Source: Azolla caroliniana (taxonomy: Eukaryota; Plantae; Polypodiophyta). From it: a DNA stretch of 64,000 nt. Of the stretch, positions 52,325 to 64,000 are shown one piece after another (the stretch's first letter is position 1; the number at the start of each line of letters is the position of its first letter). Made by a program: the position numbers and the translations under genes. The stretch spans positions 9,362,001 through 9,426,000 of the forward strand of contig JBHGNT010000015.1 in assembly GCA_043228905.1 (NCBI GenBank). Direction: 5' to 3'. A model generated the notes under the pieces. The model was given only the letters and a program-made list of their open reading frames with translations, searched no databases and was not told the DNA's origin.

Positions 52325-52879
52325 ACAGAGAATACGCAAGGTAAAAGTATATTGACAAAGGAGAAAGACTCAACATTATACAAGGTGGGAGGAGGGTGCT
52401 TTATGTAGTCACCCTCTCTCTTCATTAACTACAAGTCTCATGGAGCATGGGGAATGTGAAAGCTCATAAGTTATGTGTCATAGAATATGATTCTATGACT
52501 CATACTAAATCCTAGAATACAAAGTGGTGACATAATGGTGACTCTTGATCGTTGTCTCTTCACTCTCAAGGTGAGTTCACACACTAGACCAAGTTGAGCT
52601 TGATTCTCAACACCTTCAAATGAATGTTGTAAAATGGGCACATCGGGTTTTGGGCTTTCCGAAATCATAAATCTTGGCATTTTGGCATTACATTTTCTAT
52701 ATTCCTATTTTGTAAATTCTGATTGTATGTAATATTAGATAGTATCTATTGACCCTCTTGAGCATGTAATTTCAGTGTATATTCAATATTCGACGTAAAT
52801 ATTTTGTAAATGATGAGATTTGGTCGGTTTGGTTTGTAAAATCAATTTGCCATAATGAACACGTAATTCTTTGGTGTAT

Positions 52880-53015
52880 ATAGTGCATTTGAAATCCTAA
52901 GTGAATATGGTGTGTTTGAAATCCCAAGTGAAATCCTCATAGTCAAAGTGTATATGTTGTATTTGAAATCCCAAGTGAAATCCTCATTGTTAAACTGTAT
53001 ATGGTGAAATCCTAA
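52880..53015. repeat. Short degenerate tandem repeat
   Basis: Recurrent TTTGAAATCCCAAGTGAAATCCTCAT units. Origin unknown. Confidence 0.6.
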
Positions 53016-53475
53016 TTTTTAGTCAGGTTACTTGGGTTACTCTAATTAGTTAAGTTAATCGGGTAGCCCAAAAGAGTCGGGTTACCAATGATAGTAGAAG
53101 GGGGTAGAGTCAAGTTATCGAGGGTAGTAAAAAAAGGGGCAGAGCCGGGATATCAACTCCTCATGTGCTTTTCTAGCCCTCGGAAATGCGGCCTCTACAC
53201 CATCCCTGGCTGTCATTCCCTCCCTCACAAGGCCTCTTTATGATTCATTCGGTCGGTAGCAAACATTCAGGAGCATACATACATACATACATACATATAT
53301 CATATATGTATGTTCCCATTCCTCCCCTACCGACGTGTCTATTATGACACAAATCATAAAGAGGGTTGGTGAGGGAATCTCTACCACAGACGGTGCAGGT
53401 CGCTTAGAGAAGGCGTGTGCGATCTGCACTGTCGAATTTCGATAAGGAAGAAAGCGCGAAAAATAAAGTTGTGCA

Positions 53476-53665
53476 GAGGTCGCCCAACCGAGATATATTT
53501 TTAAAATGGTCGCCCAACCGACTTAATCATCGATGCATGTCGCCCAACCGTTTATTTTTAAAACGGTTGGGTGACCGGTTTAAGCAGGTTGCCCAACTGG
53601 TTTAGGGTTTATGTTGAGTTGGTCACCCAACCAACTCAATATAAGATGCAGGTCGCCCAACCAAC
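53476..53665. repeat. Left subterminal GGTCGCCCAACC motif array of the MULE
   Basis: About seven copies, mirrored by five GGTTGGGCGAC-type copies at 58972-59072. Confidence 0.85.
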
Positions 53666-56429
53666 GACTATAAAAGCCTCAAACCTGTCATTATCTCTCA
53701 TTTTTTCAAATGAGATTGACAGGTTTCTTTTGCCGGGAAAGAAAACTATCATCAAGCGGCCTGCAATCGACATACGCGGCAATCAATCTCCTCCATCACT
53801 ATTCCCAAGTATGTACTAAACCCTATTACATCACTTTTTCTATTGTTTTTACATGTGGTAGGAATAGTTGAGGGATTAGGGTTTGGAGTAGTTGAGGGAT
53901 TTTGAATCTTGTTGAGGGATTAGGGTTTTACTACAAAAAAGGAAGGAATAGACTATATAGAGGGCATCTAATTATTGCAACATGATAAGTAGGATATAAC
54001 ATATGGGGAGATTTGGAAGTGAGGGATTAGGGATCAAGGTTTAGGGTTTAGGGTCATAAGGTACATGGGTCGTACCATCATTGAATCATGGAGATCATTG
54101 CTTACCATGTCTGATCCACACAAGAAAACCTAGATACACTTGTTGAACTTCGTCATAGTCTCATTCCACCACACCAACTAACCTAATCATTCTACCACAA
54201 GAATTAAGATAATGATGATGGAGCTTTGGGAAATCTAGAGCTTGTATTTTTGTTTCAATATGGATGACACATGGATTCAACCATATTTGCGATCATAATT
54301 TGTGTCATGGATCGATTTTGGCCTCTAGCAAATGTTAATAGATTTTCTTCATCACTTTAAGGTTAGAATGAATGGCATTCTATTACTTAAGTAACATAAC
54401 CAAGCTTTGGTTTTCAATGAATTTAAGTTGTAATGAGATCTTTTGGCAATGCAACAATGATATGATTGTTTAATGTATATGAGATCGTGACAACTCAACA
54501 ATACCTAAAATGCAAATTTGTGTGCTTGATATGTGTAAAGGAATGTCATGGCTCCAGTCGTGGTTGAAAGGCTGCTTCTTGAGGCAATATCATGGTGGAC
54601 AAATTGCGTATGGGTAGCCTCCCAAATGGCATTGAACATTTGAGATCGATTCTTGATTGTCTATTCACGGATGAGACATGGAAACCCTAAACCTTTTTTT
54701 TATTGAGGTGAAGAGATGTATCATTTCCAACATAATTCTGTAGTTGAATGCACTCTTCTATTTAAAGATTAGTTGATGATAAATGTGCAAGTGAATCATT
54801 AGGTAATCATCGTGCAAATGATGTCATTTGCGAATTGTGTGTTCATAAATAACTTATTTTAATGGTTTGGCACATGGTTTGGTCACCATTTCACACATTT
54901 AGAGTTAGTAATGTTTACATATGAAAGTTTCCGTTTAGAAAAGTTTTGGTTGTTTTGGTTCTCTTCTGGACTGTATACATACTAAAAAAGGAACAAAGGG
55001 AAAGGAGTACAAGCATTGACCATTTCCGAACAATGGGTTGTATATGAATCAATGATGTAAACATATGCAAGTGGCGATGCTATATTTGATATACTTAGAT
55101 AAATATGCATATGGCCACATTTATGTCTTCAAGTTTTAACGTATTTTTTTGTAATTTGCTGTGAAACTTGGGCTAATAGGTATCCTTGTGAAAGCAAACG
55201 ATAACGCTTTTGATCAATAACAAATTTGTGCCAGCCTCAACAACAATGTATCAGTAACTGTAAGTTTTTTAATATAACATCTAATCTTCTGGTAATGCTA
55301 CAAATGCAAATTTTATTTTGTACGAATTTGTGTCGGTCTCAACGACACAGAATCAGCAATGTTAAGTTTGTGTATCTAACTAATCTTTTGGCAATGTCAT
55401 ATGTGATTATTTTTTGTACAAATCTGAGCTAGGATTCACAATGAAGCATCGGTAATGTAAGTTTCTGCATATAACAACTAACGTTGTATTAACTCCATAA
55501 GTCCTTCTTTGCTTCTTTAAATTGTTCTTTTTTCAGAATGCAATGCTCGTAGCTCCTAACGTTGTGAAAGCAGCAACATGTGAAGCAGAATGCCAGTACA
55601 TATCGAGTGAAAAGGCCAAGATCATGGTAATAACAAGTATTTCGTTACTTCCTACTATGTCTATTATTTAAGGTTGTACATGGTCAAAACGACATCTATA
55701 TTTGTATGTTATGAAGAAATGACATTGAATTGTATGTTCTAGTCCATTCAGATTTTATTTGATCACATAGAATGTGGTTCGAAACTATACTTAATTGAGC
55801 ACATAAAATACTTTGTTCATGCGGACCTTTCTCTTTGGGTTGTGGACAAATAAACATAGGGAAATAATTTGATCCCACTCACTCGCTATCAATATCTGTT
55901 TGCCCCATTACTCATCAAAATATCCCAACCAGTCCTCATAATATGTGGGTATATGAGATATCATTGTTTAAGACATCATATCCAACAAAATGATGCAATT
56001 ATATTTATCTCTAATTCAGTGACCGAAATGATTTGCTTGAATGGTGGTAGATGGCTTCCAAGTCCAAATACAAAGATTGGTGGGATTTCAATAACGGTGA
56101 CATATATCCAACTCAAGATAGGTATGTCACGAACCAATCTCCCCTAATACTGGTTTAGGGTTTGATAAATGTATGTTGACTTGTGATTTGTTAAAGATTC
56201 TTCGTTAGAAGACATTGGAGAAGTTCGTCACTCGACATGTCTAAGGGTGGGGAGAGAATGGATTAGACACTAGCGGTTCATCTGCCTCAGATCGAGCTGA
56301 TACATGCCAGGGCAACATTTGACCAAGATGCTCCTCCAAATGGTATGTGGATTTGGTGTCGTTGCAATATGTCAATCTTTATGCCAATCTTTATGTCAAT
56401 CTTTATGTCAATCTTAAATATGTAACACA

Positions 56430-56815
56430 TACAGAAGTAACAGATCCTCCTCGCCCAGACTCGTTGTATAAGGTTGGAAGAGATGCAAATGGGAACAAGG
56501 CCCGTGCGTGTATCTATACTAAGTATTGTTGCCTCTTGCCAAGGTGGTATTGCAAAAAAAGTGACATGGAATCACATTTACGCAGGGAACATCCATTAAA
56601 CAACGCGGCGGCTGACAATGTGCGGAGAATGGCAGAGTTGGCGATTCAAACCATTTCATCTGAACCGTCAGACCAAACCATTGTGTCTGAGGGTCGACAT
56701 CACATATTGCACATCCCAACTCAACCAAATTGTTGGAATTGTGGCTTTTACATGATGAAGACTATCCAGATGTTGGTGGAAGAGTTCTTACGAGGATGGA
56801 TATCTTCGTCTTTTG
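56430..56815 (+). pseudogene. Ulp1/C48 protease-like exon remnant inside the MULE
   Basis: IPTQPNCWNCGFYMMKTI resembles the Ulp1 PxQxNxxDCG catalytic-Cys motif, and a GTAAGT donor follows. Motif-level evidence only. Confidence 0.5.
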
Positions 56816-57271
56816 TAAGTGTAATTGCAATGCCTTATTCATGTGGATTGTGTATAGATGTGTTCTTATACATATTTGGTGACAGGGCACAGAGATGTGG
56901 TTCACCAAACGCGAAGTGGATTCACTTCAGATTCATGTGGATGAGTGGGCACGAAGGGTACTAGTATTTGCACCTGCGACTGGTGGCTCCATATTGTAAA
57001 TTTTGTGTTTGCTGTTTTCAGCACAGATTTTGTTATAGAGCTGATGTTGTAACTATATTTTGGAATCCACACAAATTTTGTATAGCAAGAATCGACTCAT
57101 TGTATATCACGAGTACTTATTAATGGAAAAGTTGTTTACAACAAGTGTTTATCTCAAGTTGATTTGTTGTTTTAAACCAATCTCAAGTTGTGATCTCCAA
57201 TTGATTTGATGTTTTAAACCAATCTCAAGTGTAAATCAATCTCAAGTTGGTTTGTTGTTAGAGATGAATGG

Positions 57272-58484
57272 ATGTTAGCGATGTGTGAGCGATTGTCAAT
57301 AAATAACTCTTGGGCAATCGACTCCACGTTTAAAACAAACCAATTTGGCTTGCCATTATATGCAGTTGTGGCCCCAAATGCCATGGGAGTTGGTATCCCA
57401 TTATGGTACATGATATGTAGTTCTGATAAGGGGTCTAACCATGAGCAAGTAGCTTTAGAAACTTGCTTGAGAATCATATTTGCACGGATGCCCAATGTGA
57501 GGCCAAATGGCATAGTCATCGATAAAAGTTGGACATCATATAAGGCCATAAGTAATGTGGTTGCAACAGATCGATTATCTTGGATAGTTACAAATGGGCA
57601 AAGGTCACAAACACATTGTCGACTTTTGTTGTGTCAATTCCATGCAAAAAAAGCATGGATGCATAACTTGTTGCCAAAGGTAAGTGCAACTGAGAGAAAC
57701 CATCTTTATAATCGGATGTGCCAACTCATGCAATGCATTACAGAATCCACATTCAATTCCCAATGTGAGGAGTTAAAGGTAGAATATGCAAACAAGCAAA
57801 GTGGGTCGTTATATATCGCTCCAATGCTCATATTGTGATTGCCAAGACCCTACGAGTAAATGTAAGCATATACTCGTTGTCAGGATGATTATTGAGAGGC
57901 ACATGCCACATCTATGTGGGTTGTTGCCTTTTATAGATCATGTAACCCATATGCGCAATGACCATTTCACAAAGACGAAAGTGGAGACAGAGGTAGAATT
58001 GGTCGAGGAGACAAACCCTATAACATCACAAATGGAGGAATGGGAGTCAAAATTACAAATGGCTGAGGGGGCTATTCAATGTCTTAGGCAAGGGTTACGA
58101 TCCCTTGACCGTGCAACAATTTTGGCATGTATGGAGTCCATTGAAGAAATGAGTCAAGCGGTGGTGTATCACGCAGGTGCATTGAAACCAACCAATGAAG
58201 AAGACCATGGATCCATAAGGCGTAAGCAAGTAATTAGCGCAAAAAGGGGAGCATCAGTCAACATTTCACAAGATCTTATTGGTAGCTCCCCAAACACTTC
58301 CAAGGCACACACTGGAAAAATGCAAAGAAGCGCAAGTCAAGCTAGGAGGCGGTTGCCAATATGTGCGACAAAGAAGATTCGATGCTTGCATTGCAATGCC
58401 TTGACCTTTAGATCAAGGGACTCAAATGTTGATTGTTGCAAGAATTGTGGCCGCATCTTGCCATCATCTCTGCATGAGCCATAA
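57272..58484 (+). pseudogene. MULE/SWIM-type transposase, internally deleted and frameshifted
   Basis: WAIDSTFKTNQFGLPL (first Asp), IVIDKS (second Asp), LLCQFHAKKAW (CxxH), then in another frame the SWIM finger CDCQDPTSKCKH. The region expected to carry the catalytic Glu appears absent. Confidence 0.85.
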
Positions 58485-58499
58485 ACATAGCTTGAGTGG

Positions 58500-58830
58500 T
58501 TTTGCGGACTAGTGCATTTGGGTTTACAATGTTTAAAGTGGATTTATGAGTGCATTTGGGAGTATGTCATATGTTGATTTATGTTTTAAGTTTCCTGTTT
58601 CAAGTATGTCACATGTTGATTTGGGTTTACAATGTTTAAAGTGGATTTACATTCAAAGGATGTCATATGTTGATTTATTTTTCAAGTTTTAAGTTTCAAA
58701 TATGTCGTATGTAGATTTATGTTTCAAGTATGTCATATTTTGATTCATGTTTCAAGTATGTTATAAGTTGATCTCTATTTTAAGTTTTATGTTTTTTAAC
58801 TTTTAACTTTTATGTTTTAAGATGATTATT
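58500..58830. repeat. AT-rich degenerate tandem repeat downstream of the MULE transposase
   Basis: Recurrent CAAGTATGTCATATGTTGATTT units. Confidence 0.65.
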
Positions 58831-59597
58831 TGTTTTATGTTAAGTATGGTGAAGGAAGATCGTCGATTTTGAATAATTTAAGGTTGGATTTTGTGACTGT
58901 TTGATATGTTATTGTAAGTTTTAAGGGTAATGATCAAGCTTATTTGAAGATTTTGGTTGAAATGATACATTTGGTTGGGCGACCTGCAAAGGTCAAGGTT
59001 GGGTGACCTACAACGGTTGGGCGACTTGCAACAGTCAGGGTTGGGCGACCAACGACTTAGAGTTGGGCGACCTCTCACTTGTTTTTTTTCGCGCGTCCTT
59101 CCTTATCGAAATCTGACGGTGCAGATCGCATGCACCTTCCTCTGAGCGACCTGCACCGTCTGTGGCCGCAATTCCCTCGACAACCCTCTTTATGATTTGA
59201 TGCAAAATAGACATGAGCCTCCCCTACCCCTTCTCTCTTTCTACATACATATTGATATGTATATTATTGTATATATGTATGTTATATATATAACATACAT
59301 ATACATATTATCTGTCTATCGATCGAGTTTTTTTGTTGTTTTTGTTTGATTTTGGAGTTGTTTCTCCAAGTTGTATATGTTGATCCTATTGTGGATTTGG
59401 ACAAACTTTGTTATATTCTATTTGCTAACTAATGCGAAGTAGTGGTTTTTGGAAAAAAAAATAAAAAAAATAAAAAAATCTGTCTATCTGTTATGTATTT
59501 ATATGCGTCGAATTTACTTACGGAGATCGTCTATCAAATTTAGCAGAACATTTTTACTTTAGAGACAGACAGACAGACAGACAGACAGGCAGCAGCC

Positions 59598-59762
59598 ATG
59601 GCGGAGGACAACCAGCACTTAAAGAAGGCGGCAGCTCTTGCGTACGATTATGACAGAGATGAGAGATGGTCCGAGTACTGGTCCAACGTTCTCATCCCTG
59701 AAAATCGTTCCAAATCTGATGTTGAACGATACTTCAAATTCAAGTTCTACCAACGCAACATA
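59598..59762 (+). CDS. TMEM33: TMEM33/Pom33-family membrane protein, coding exon 1
   Basis: MAEDNQHLKKAAALAYDYDRDERWSEYWSNVLIP...FKFKFYQRNI matches the recalled plant TMEM33-like N-terminus (At3g02420-like). GT donor at 59763, phase 0. Confidence 0.88.
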
Positions 59763-59765
59763 GTA

Positions 59766-59805
<40 letters not shown>

Positions 59806-61628
59806 TGGTATGTTTTCTTTGTTTCTGTTTTGTGTGAATCGGATCTGGTTCTTGTAAGAAATTTGAGATTCTGTTGGGTTCAGATTTTTTCCCTACAGTC
59901 ATAAATTTTCTCATGGAATACTGCGTAATATGAGCTGCCTACTACTGCATTTTAGTGGCTTGTGCTAACATTCTAGGAATACTGAATTCACAGGGATGCA
60001 GTCCTCCACCCATCCTTTAGCAGATAAAGATTCCTAATGTATCGTTAACATTAAATTATACAAATACTTGCTTAATACAATCTTCTTTTTCAATCAACCC
60101 CCTATTCTGACGCCCCAGATGTACTACCATTGTTCATAGTAATCACCTTGCGGTTTTTAGTACACCTTGGACTGTCATGATACCTTCTTGGAATGGCCCT
60201 CTCTAGAAATCCGGGAAGAAGCCTTCATCTTCTATTTACCTGACCAGATGATCTCTAAGGACCTCCCAAGTTCCTAAACGCAGACTGGAAGATTGAAGAT
60301 TGATTAGGCAAATAGGTTGTATGTAATATATCCGACCCGAAGTTAGTGAGCAACGAGAGAAGTTAATATCCAATAATACACAAATGAACAACCTAGCTCA
60401 ACTAATTTACATTCTGGTAATGCATTCATATATGATTGTAAAACTGCCATTCATGTTTAGACCTTACTAATATAATGGATAGTCTGTCTCCAGAACAAGA
60501 GTTGATGTGATGCTTCAAGCTTTGGCAGCATTGCATCAGAAAGGCCTGAAATCAAAAGAGTTCTGGGAAATTGAGCTATGAGCGATGAGTTTTCATTCAT
60601 GAATGTATATATTATATATGCTTATTTAAACAAAACACTTTTGCTTACTAATGACAGGCATGTTTCTTAAATAAGAATTGCAAGAAATATAGTTTCAAAT
60701 AAATGCCCACAAAGAAAATCATAATTTATTTCAAATTCAGGTAAAAATACATGGCCACAATGTGTAACATAATGTAGGTTAAGGCGGAAGTAAAGCAAAA
60801 AGAGTGTATAATTTATGAGTCAAGGATGAAGCTTCCCCCACTTTACCTTGAGATCAATGAGCAGGATTCACCTGACTGTATTAGACAATTTTCAAAATTT
60901 ATTGCATTAGAAGAAGAATGGGGAAAGATTATGAGTCCGAATGGGTAAGTTCTGTAAAGCTCTAAAAGTGGTAACATTTATTGTAGGCTATGCCTCAGGC
61001 AAAGAATGATTAAAGGATCATTATTAGTGTTTTGGATCATCACTATAGGCAAGAGAAAATTTCTATGTTTCAATAAATCTGTTACAGATTTGTTGAAAAT
61101 GTTGAACCACAAGATCTTAAGGCGTGAGTGTGAGGACTACTATGTGTTCCATGATTTTGAATGGTCTAATATAGGCTGGCAATGTTCCATGAACCCTTTG
61201 ACATCAATCTAACAACGTTTGAAATCTCGTTGTCTATGGTTGTCTGTATGGCATCTATGACAGCATCAAACATGAATTAAGGTGGTCCATGCTGTCCATC
61301 TGATTGCAGCACTGGTCTCCTAAATATGCAAGGAAGACCAACAATAGCTGCGACTTTATAAATAAATTCTTTATTTAATGATGAATGAATCAGATAAATA
61401 AACATTCCTGATTTACTAGTGCTGAATGGAAGGTAATTTTGTCTGAAGTGATGTAGGACAATATTTTTCCTGAATTTTTTTGAGTGGAGTAGCTGACTAA
61501 TGAAAACAAGAGAGCTTGGTAATACATTATTAATGTCAAGAAAAATCTAGTTGCGTCATTGTTTTTTCTGTGTGTCCAGGAGCTTTTCCTGTTTTAAGGG
61601 CATATAACAATATGGGTACATTTTTCAG

Positions 61629-61716
61629 GATCCTGGCCTCAAGGTTGAGCCATTAACTTCTCAATCTTCTACAACAACGACATCAAGATCATCCAATCAA
61701 AGAACTACACCTGCAG
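61629..61716 (+). CDS. TMEM33: TMEM33-like coding exon 2
   Basis: TTTTCAG acceptor; DPGLKVEPLTSQSSTTT continues the family motif; GT donor, phase 1. Confidence 0.85.
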
Positions 61717-61787
61717 GTTGGTTGTTTACTAAATGAAACTGTTTATTGATTGAACTTTTGTTATGAAATTATCTATTTATGTTATAG

Positions 61788-61900
61788 GTGAGCGCTCATC
61801 CACTTCAACAGGTACATCACATGCAAATACACGTGGATATGCTGGGAGTAATGGTTTCAAGTTGGACCAGTTTTCAGCTGGGTTTCTTTTAAATGCATTG
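61788..61900 (+). CDS. TMEM33: TMEM33-like coding exon 3
   Basis: TAG acceptor after a 71-bp intron; frame-consistent GERSST...FKLDQFSAGFLLNAL; GTATGT donor. Confidence 0.82.
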
Positions 61901-62325
61901 GTATGTTTCTCATAATCTATTGAAGCCTGCCATTTATTTGTATTTGTGTCCCACAAATTTTTTATAGCATTATCCAGAAACAGCATAAAATCATAGTGAC
62001 ATGTTATGAAACTCATGTTTAAAAACGATAAATGGATAAGACTAATTTCAATTTACTGACTGGATTTTCATAGATTAGAGTGTGAATAAAGCTATTCAAA
62101 ATTATTAAATCTTAAAAATAAAGAGGATAAAAATGTTCTTAAAAAATCCAGTAAAATACAGTGAGGTGTGGCTCTTAGATGGTTTGCTGCAACAGTAGGG
62201 AAGTCAAATATTTCTAATGGTTTGAAACTCACAAACTGATGTGAAAGGAGAAATGTTACTTTGAATTGCTTTAAAAATATTCAATGAATATTGAAATTCT
62301 AATTTTGCATTCTTTCTATATGCAG

Positions 62326-62451
62326 GTCATAATTATGGCAGCATTTGCTGTACTTCCATTCATACCACAATCTCTCAGTGGAAGGTCTTATAGATTTACC
62401 TTCCTAGGCAGTATAATGGCATATGGGCTGTCTATCTATTTACAATTTGGC
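62326..62451 (+). CDS. TMEM33: TMEM33-like coding exon 4 (transmembrane); gene continues beyond the window
   Basis: TGCAG acceptor; VIIMAAFAVLPFIPQSLSGRSYRFTFLG...LQFG; GTAAGT donor. Confidence 0.88.
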
Positions 62452-62876
62452 GTAAGTTCCTTCCCGGCCTCTGTTGTGTGGTTTCAGATATTTCAATAAT
62501 GCATTCTCATGTTTAACTAGTTTTTTGTCTGTTCTTGTTTAACTGGTTTCCATATTATATTGCCATCCCAGTTAAACAAGAACAGACAAAAAACTTTATT
62601 GCTCTCGAAGATGACATTAGGCAAGAAAGCAGTTATATTGTGCTCGTAGATGGCATTTGGGGCTATTTCAATTCTGTGGCCTGCTGCTCTCTATCTCTCT
62701 CTGGCTACTGGTTCTTAGTACTTAAGAGAACCCAAGTTCTATTCTTGCACAGGCTGCCTTTGTCCCGTAGATTGTATTCGGTTTCCCATGGATGTTAATA
62801 TTCCATTGATCTATATCTTTCCCCTCATTTTTTTCTCTATTTTAATTTAGAACGTATACTACTTACCTTCATTTAC

Positions 62877-63270
62877 ATTTTTCTAACACTGGATACCATA
62901 AAATAATATTAGGATGCAGCATCAATTTTTGGAATACATCATTCATCCTGTGCACATGGGGGAATCAGTGTTACAGAGTTTTCATTATCAATTATTACTA
63001 TAGAAATTCGAACAATTGCTTACCTTCAACAGACAATGATAGAGAACCCTCCACAGCCTATAGCATGCATAACCTCGTCTGCCATTTTTCTAACACTGAA
63101 TACCATCGAAATAATATTAGGATGCAGCATCGATTTTTGAAATATGTCATTCATTCTGTGCACATGGGGAAATCAGTTTTACCTAGTTTTCATCATCCCT
63201 TATTGCTATAGAAATTCAGACAATTGTTTACCTTCAACAGACAATGATAGAGAGCCCACCACAACTTATA
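62877..63270. repeat. Diverged tandem duplication (~208-bp period) in intron 4
   Basis: TTTTCTAACACTG...CCTTCAACAGACAATGATAGAGA occurs at ~62877-63060 and again at ~63085-63270. Confidence 0.85.
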
Positions 63271-63464
63271 TACAGCTTTGTATATTTGAGGTGGTAGCAT
63301 CAGTACCACTATATTTTTGGCCAATCTGTCAGAGATTGACCATGATGATCTGGTCTGGCTGGCAGCAAATCGAATATGTATTGTGTACATGAATCTGTTT
63401 TTAAATAGTTCAGAGGTGAACATAGAATCATGTTAAAATAGATTGATTCGTAAATACTTGATAA

Positions 63465-63600
63465 TTAGAGTATACTATCTCTTGCACCACTTGATGGGAG
63501 CGGGTCACCCTGTTTTAGGATAATGGTAAAAATTTCAAGATATGATGAAATGTTGAGTTCATGTTTTAGGATAATAGTTTTAATTTCAGATTTGACTGCA
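63465..63600 (-). mobile_element. Possible highly decayed LINE RT fragment in intron 4
   Basis: LKQGDPLP resembles the LINE RT motif RQGDPLSP. There is little other support. Confidence 0.3.
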
Positions 63601-64000
63601 GAAAGTACTTTCCATTTGTCTGATTGAGTGGTTTTTGGCTGTCTTCTGTGGATAGCGACCACGAACGTTGGATATGAGAGCTCTTCAGACTTGGTTGCAG
63701 TCTGTGCTGGCTGGGAAAGATTTTTTATATCTATTCTATTCATTAGTCTTTATCTCTACTCTCATGCCACTAAAATGTAAGTGATGACTAAAACACATGA
63801 CAATCACACTATTTTCGTTTTTAAGCATGACAGCTATGTGGCATTGGTATCTATGCAGTTGCTACATTACCTGTGGCGTGTCATTCTCTTCTTAATGTGG
63901 GTCAATACTTAAAGAGGAACTTCAACAACACACAAACATATAGGTAATTTATTTGCTGACCATTTTTGTCATGAACCTTCAATTGCTTATGGATTATCTT

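Larger units (their letters stand above)
41175..52612 (-). mobile_element. Copia M (two LTRs), interrupted in gag by same-family element N
   Basis: 3' LTR 41175-41588, PPT 41589-41597, RH 41867-42484, RT/INT 42569-44845, PR 44719-45357, gag 45376-46167 plus 51973-52044, PBS 52189-52200, 5' LTR 52201-52612. Confidence 0.93.
53332..59218 (+). mobile_element. Mutator-like DNA transposon (MULE), defective
   Basis: TIRs of over 125 bp (53332-~53465 vs ~59083-59218), G...C ends, TSD CTCCCCTACC at 53322-53331 and 59219-59228, internal MULE/SWIM transposase remnant. Confidence 0.92.

Noticed and set aside
52613-52617. CCTTC next to the M LTR, equal to the TSD of J
   Set aside because: A 5-bp coincidence: the J TSD is already paired, and the other end of M has no such sequence.
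53476-53665. CRISPR-like spaced repeats
   Set aside because: 12-bp motifs with irregular spacing and mixed orientation, mirrored at the other MULE end; eukaryotic context and no cas genes.
54038-54053. Interstitial telomere or chromosome fusion site
   Set aside because: Only about two TTTAGGG units, inside a transposon.
59763-59837. C-terminal SLSLSL extension of the 59598 ORF
   Set aside because: It is read-through into intron 1 across a (CT)n microsatellite after the GT donor.

Overview
Eukaryotic land-plant DNA; the element types suggest a non-seed plant such as a fern or lycophyte, but that is inference only. Positions 1-52.6 kb are a nested, deletion-scarred block of LTR retrotransposons. 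It holds three Ty3/gypsy elements (one with an extra archaeal-type RNase H) and about ten Ty1/copia elements or fragments from two clades. One copia copy (34632-40003) is young, with near-identical LTRs, a CCTTC TSD and a single nonsense codon. One same-family nested insertion (46168-51967) has an ATCTT TSD. A ~5.9 kb Mutator-like element (53332-59218) has long TIRs, a 10-bp TSD, a broken SWIM-type transposase and a Ulp1-protease-like remnant. It sits ~380 bp upstream of a host TMEM33/Pom33-family gene whose first four coding exons (59598-62451) are visible. The most unusual signals belong to one copia clade: a conserved in-frame Pol extension after RNase H bracketed by two PPT copies, an inverted repeat enclosing the PPT, a covarying inverted repeat around the TATA box, and nonsense codons shared by copies that still transposed. 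All calls were made by eye, with no database searches.
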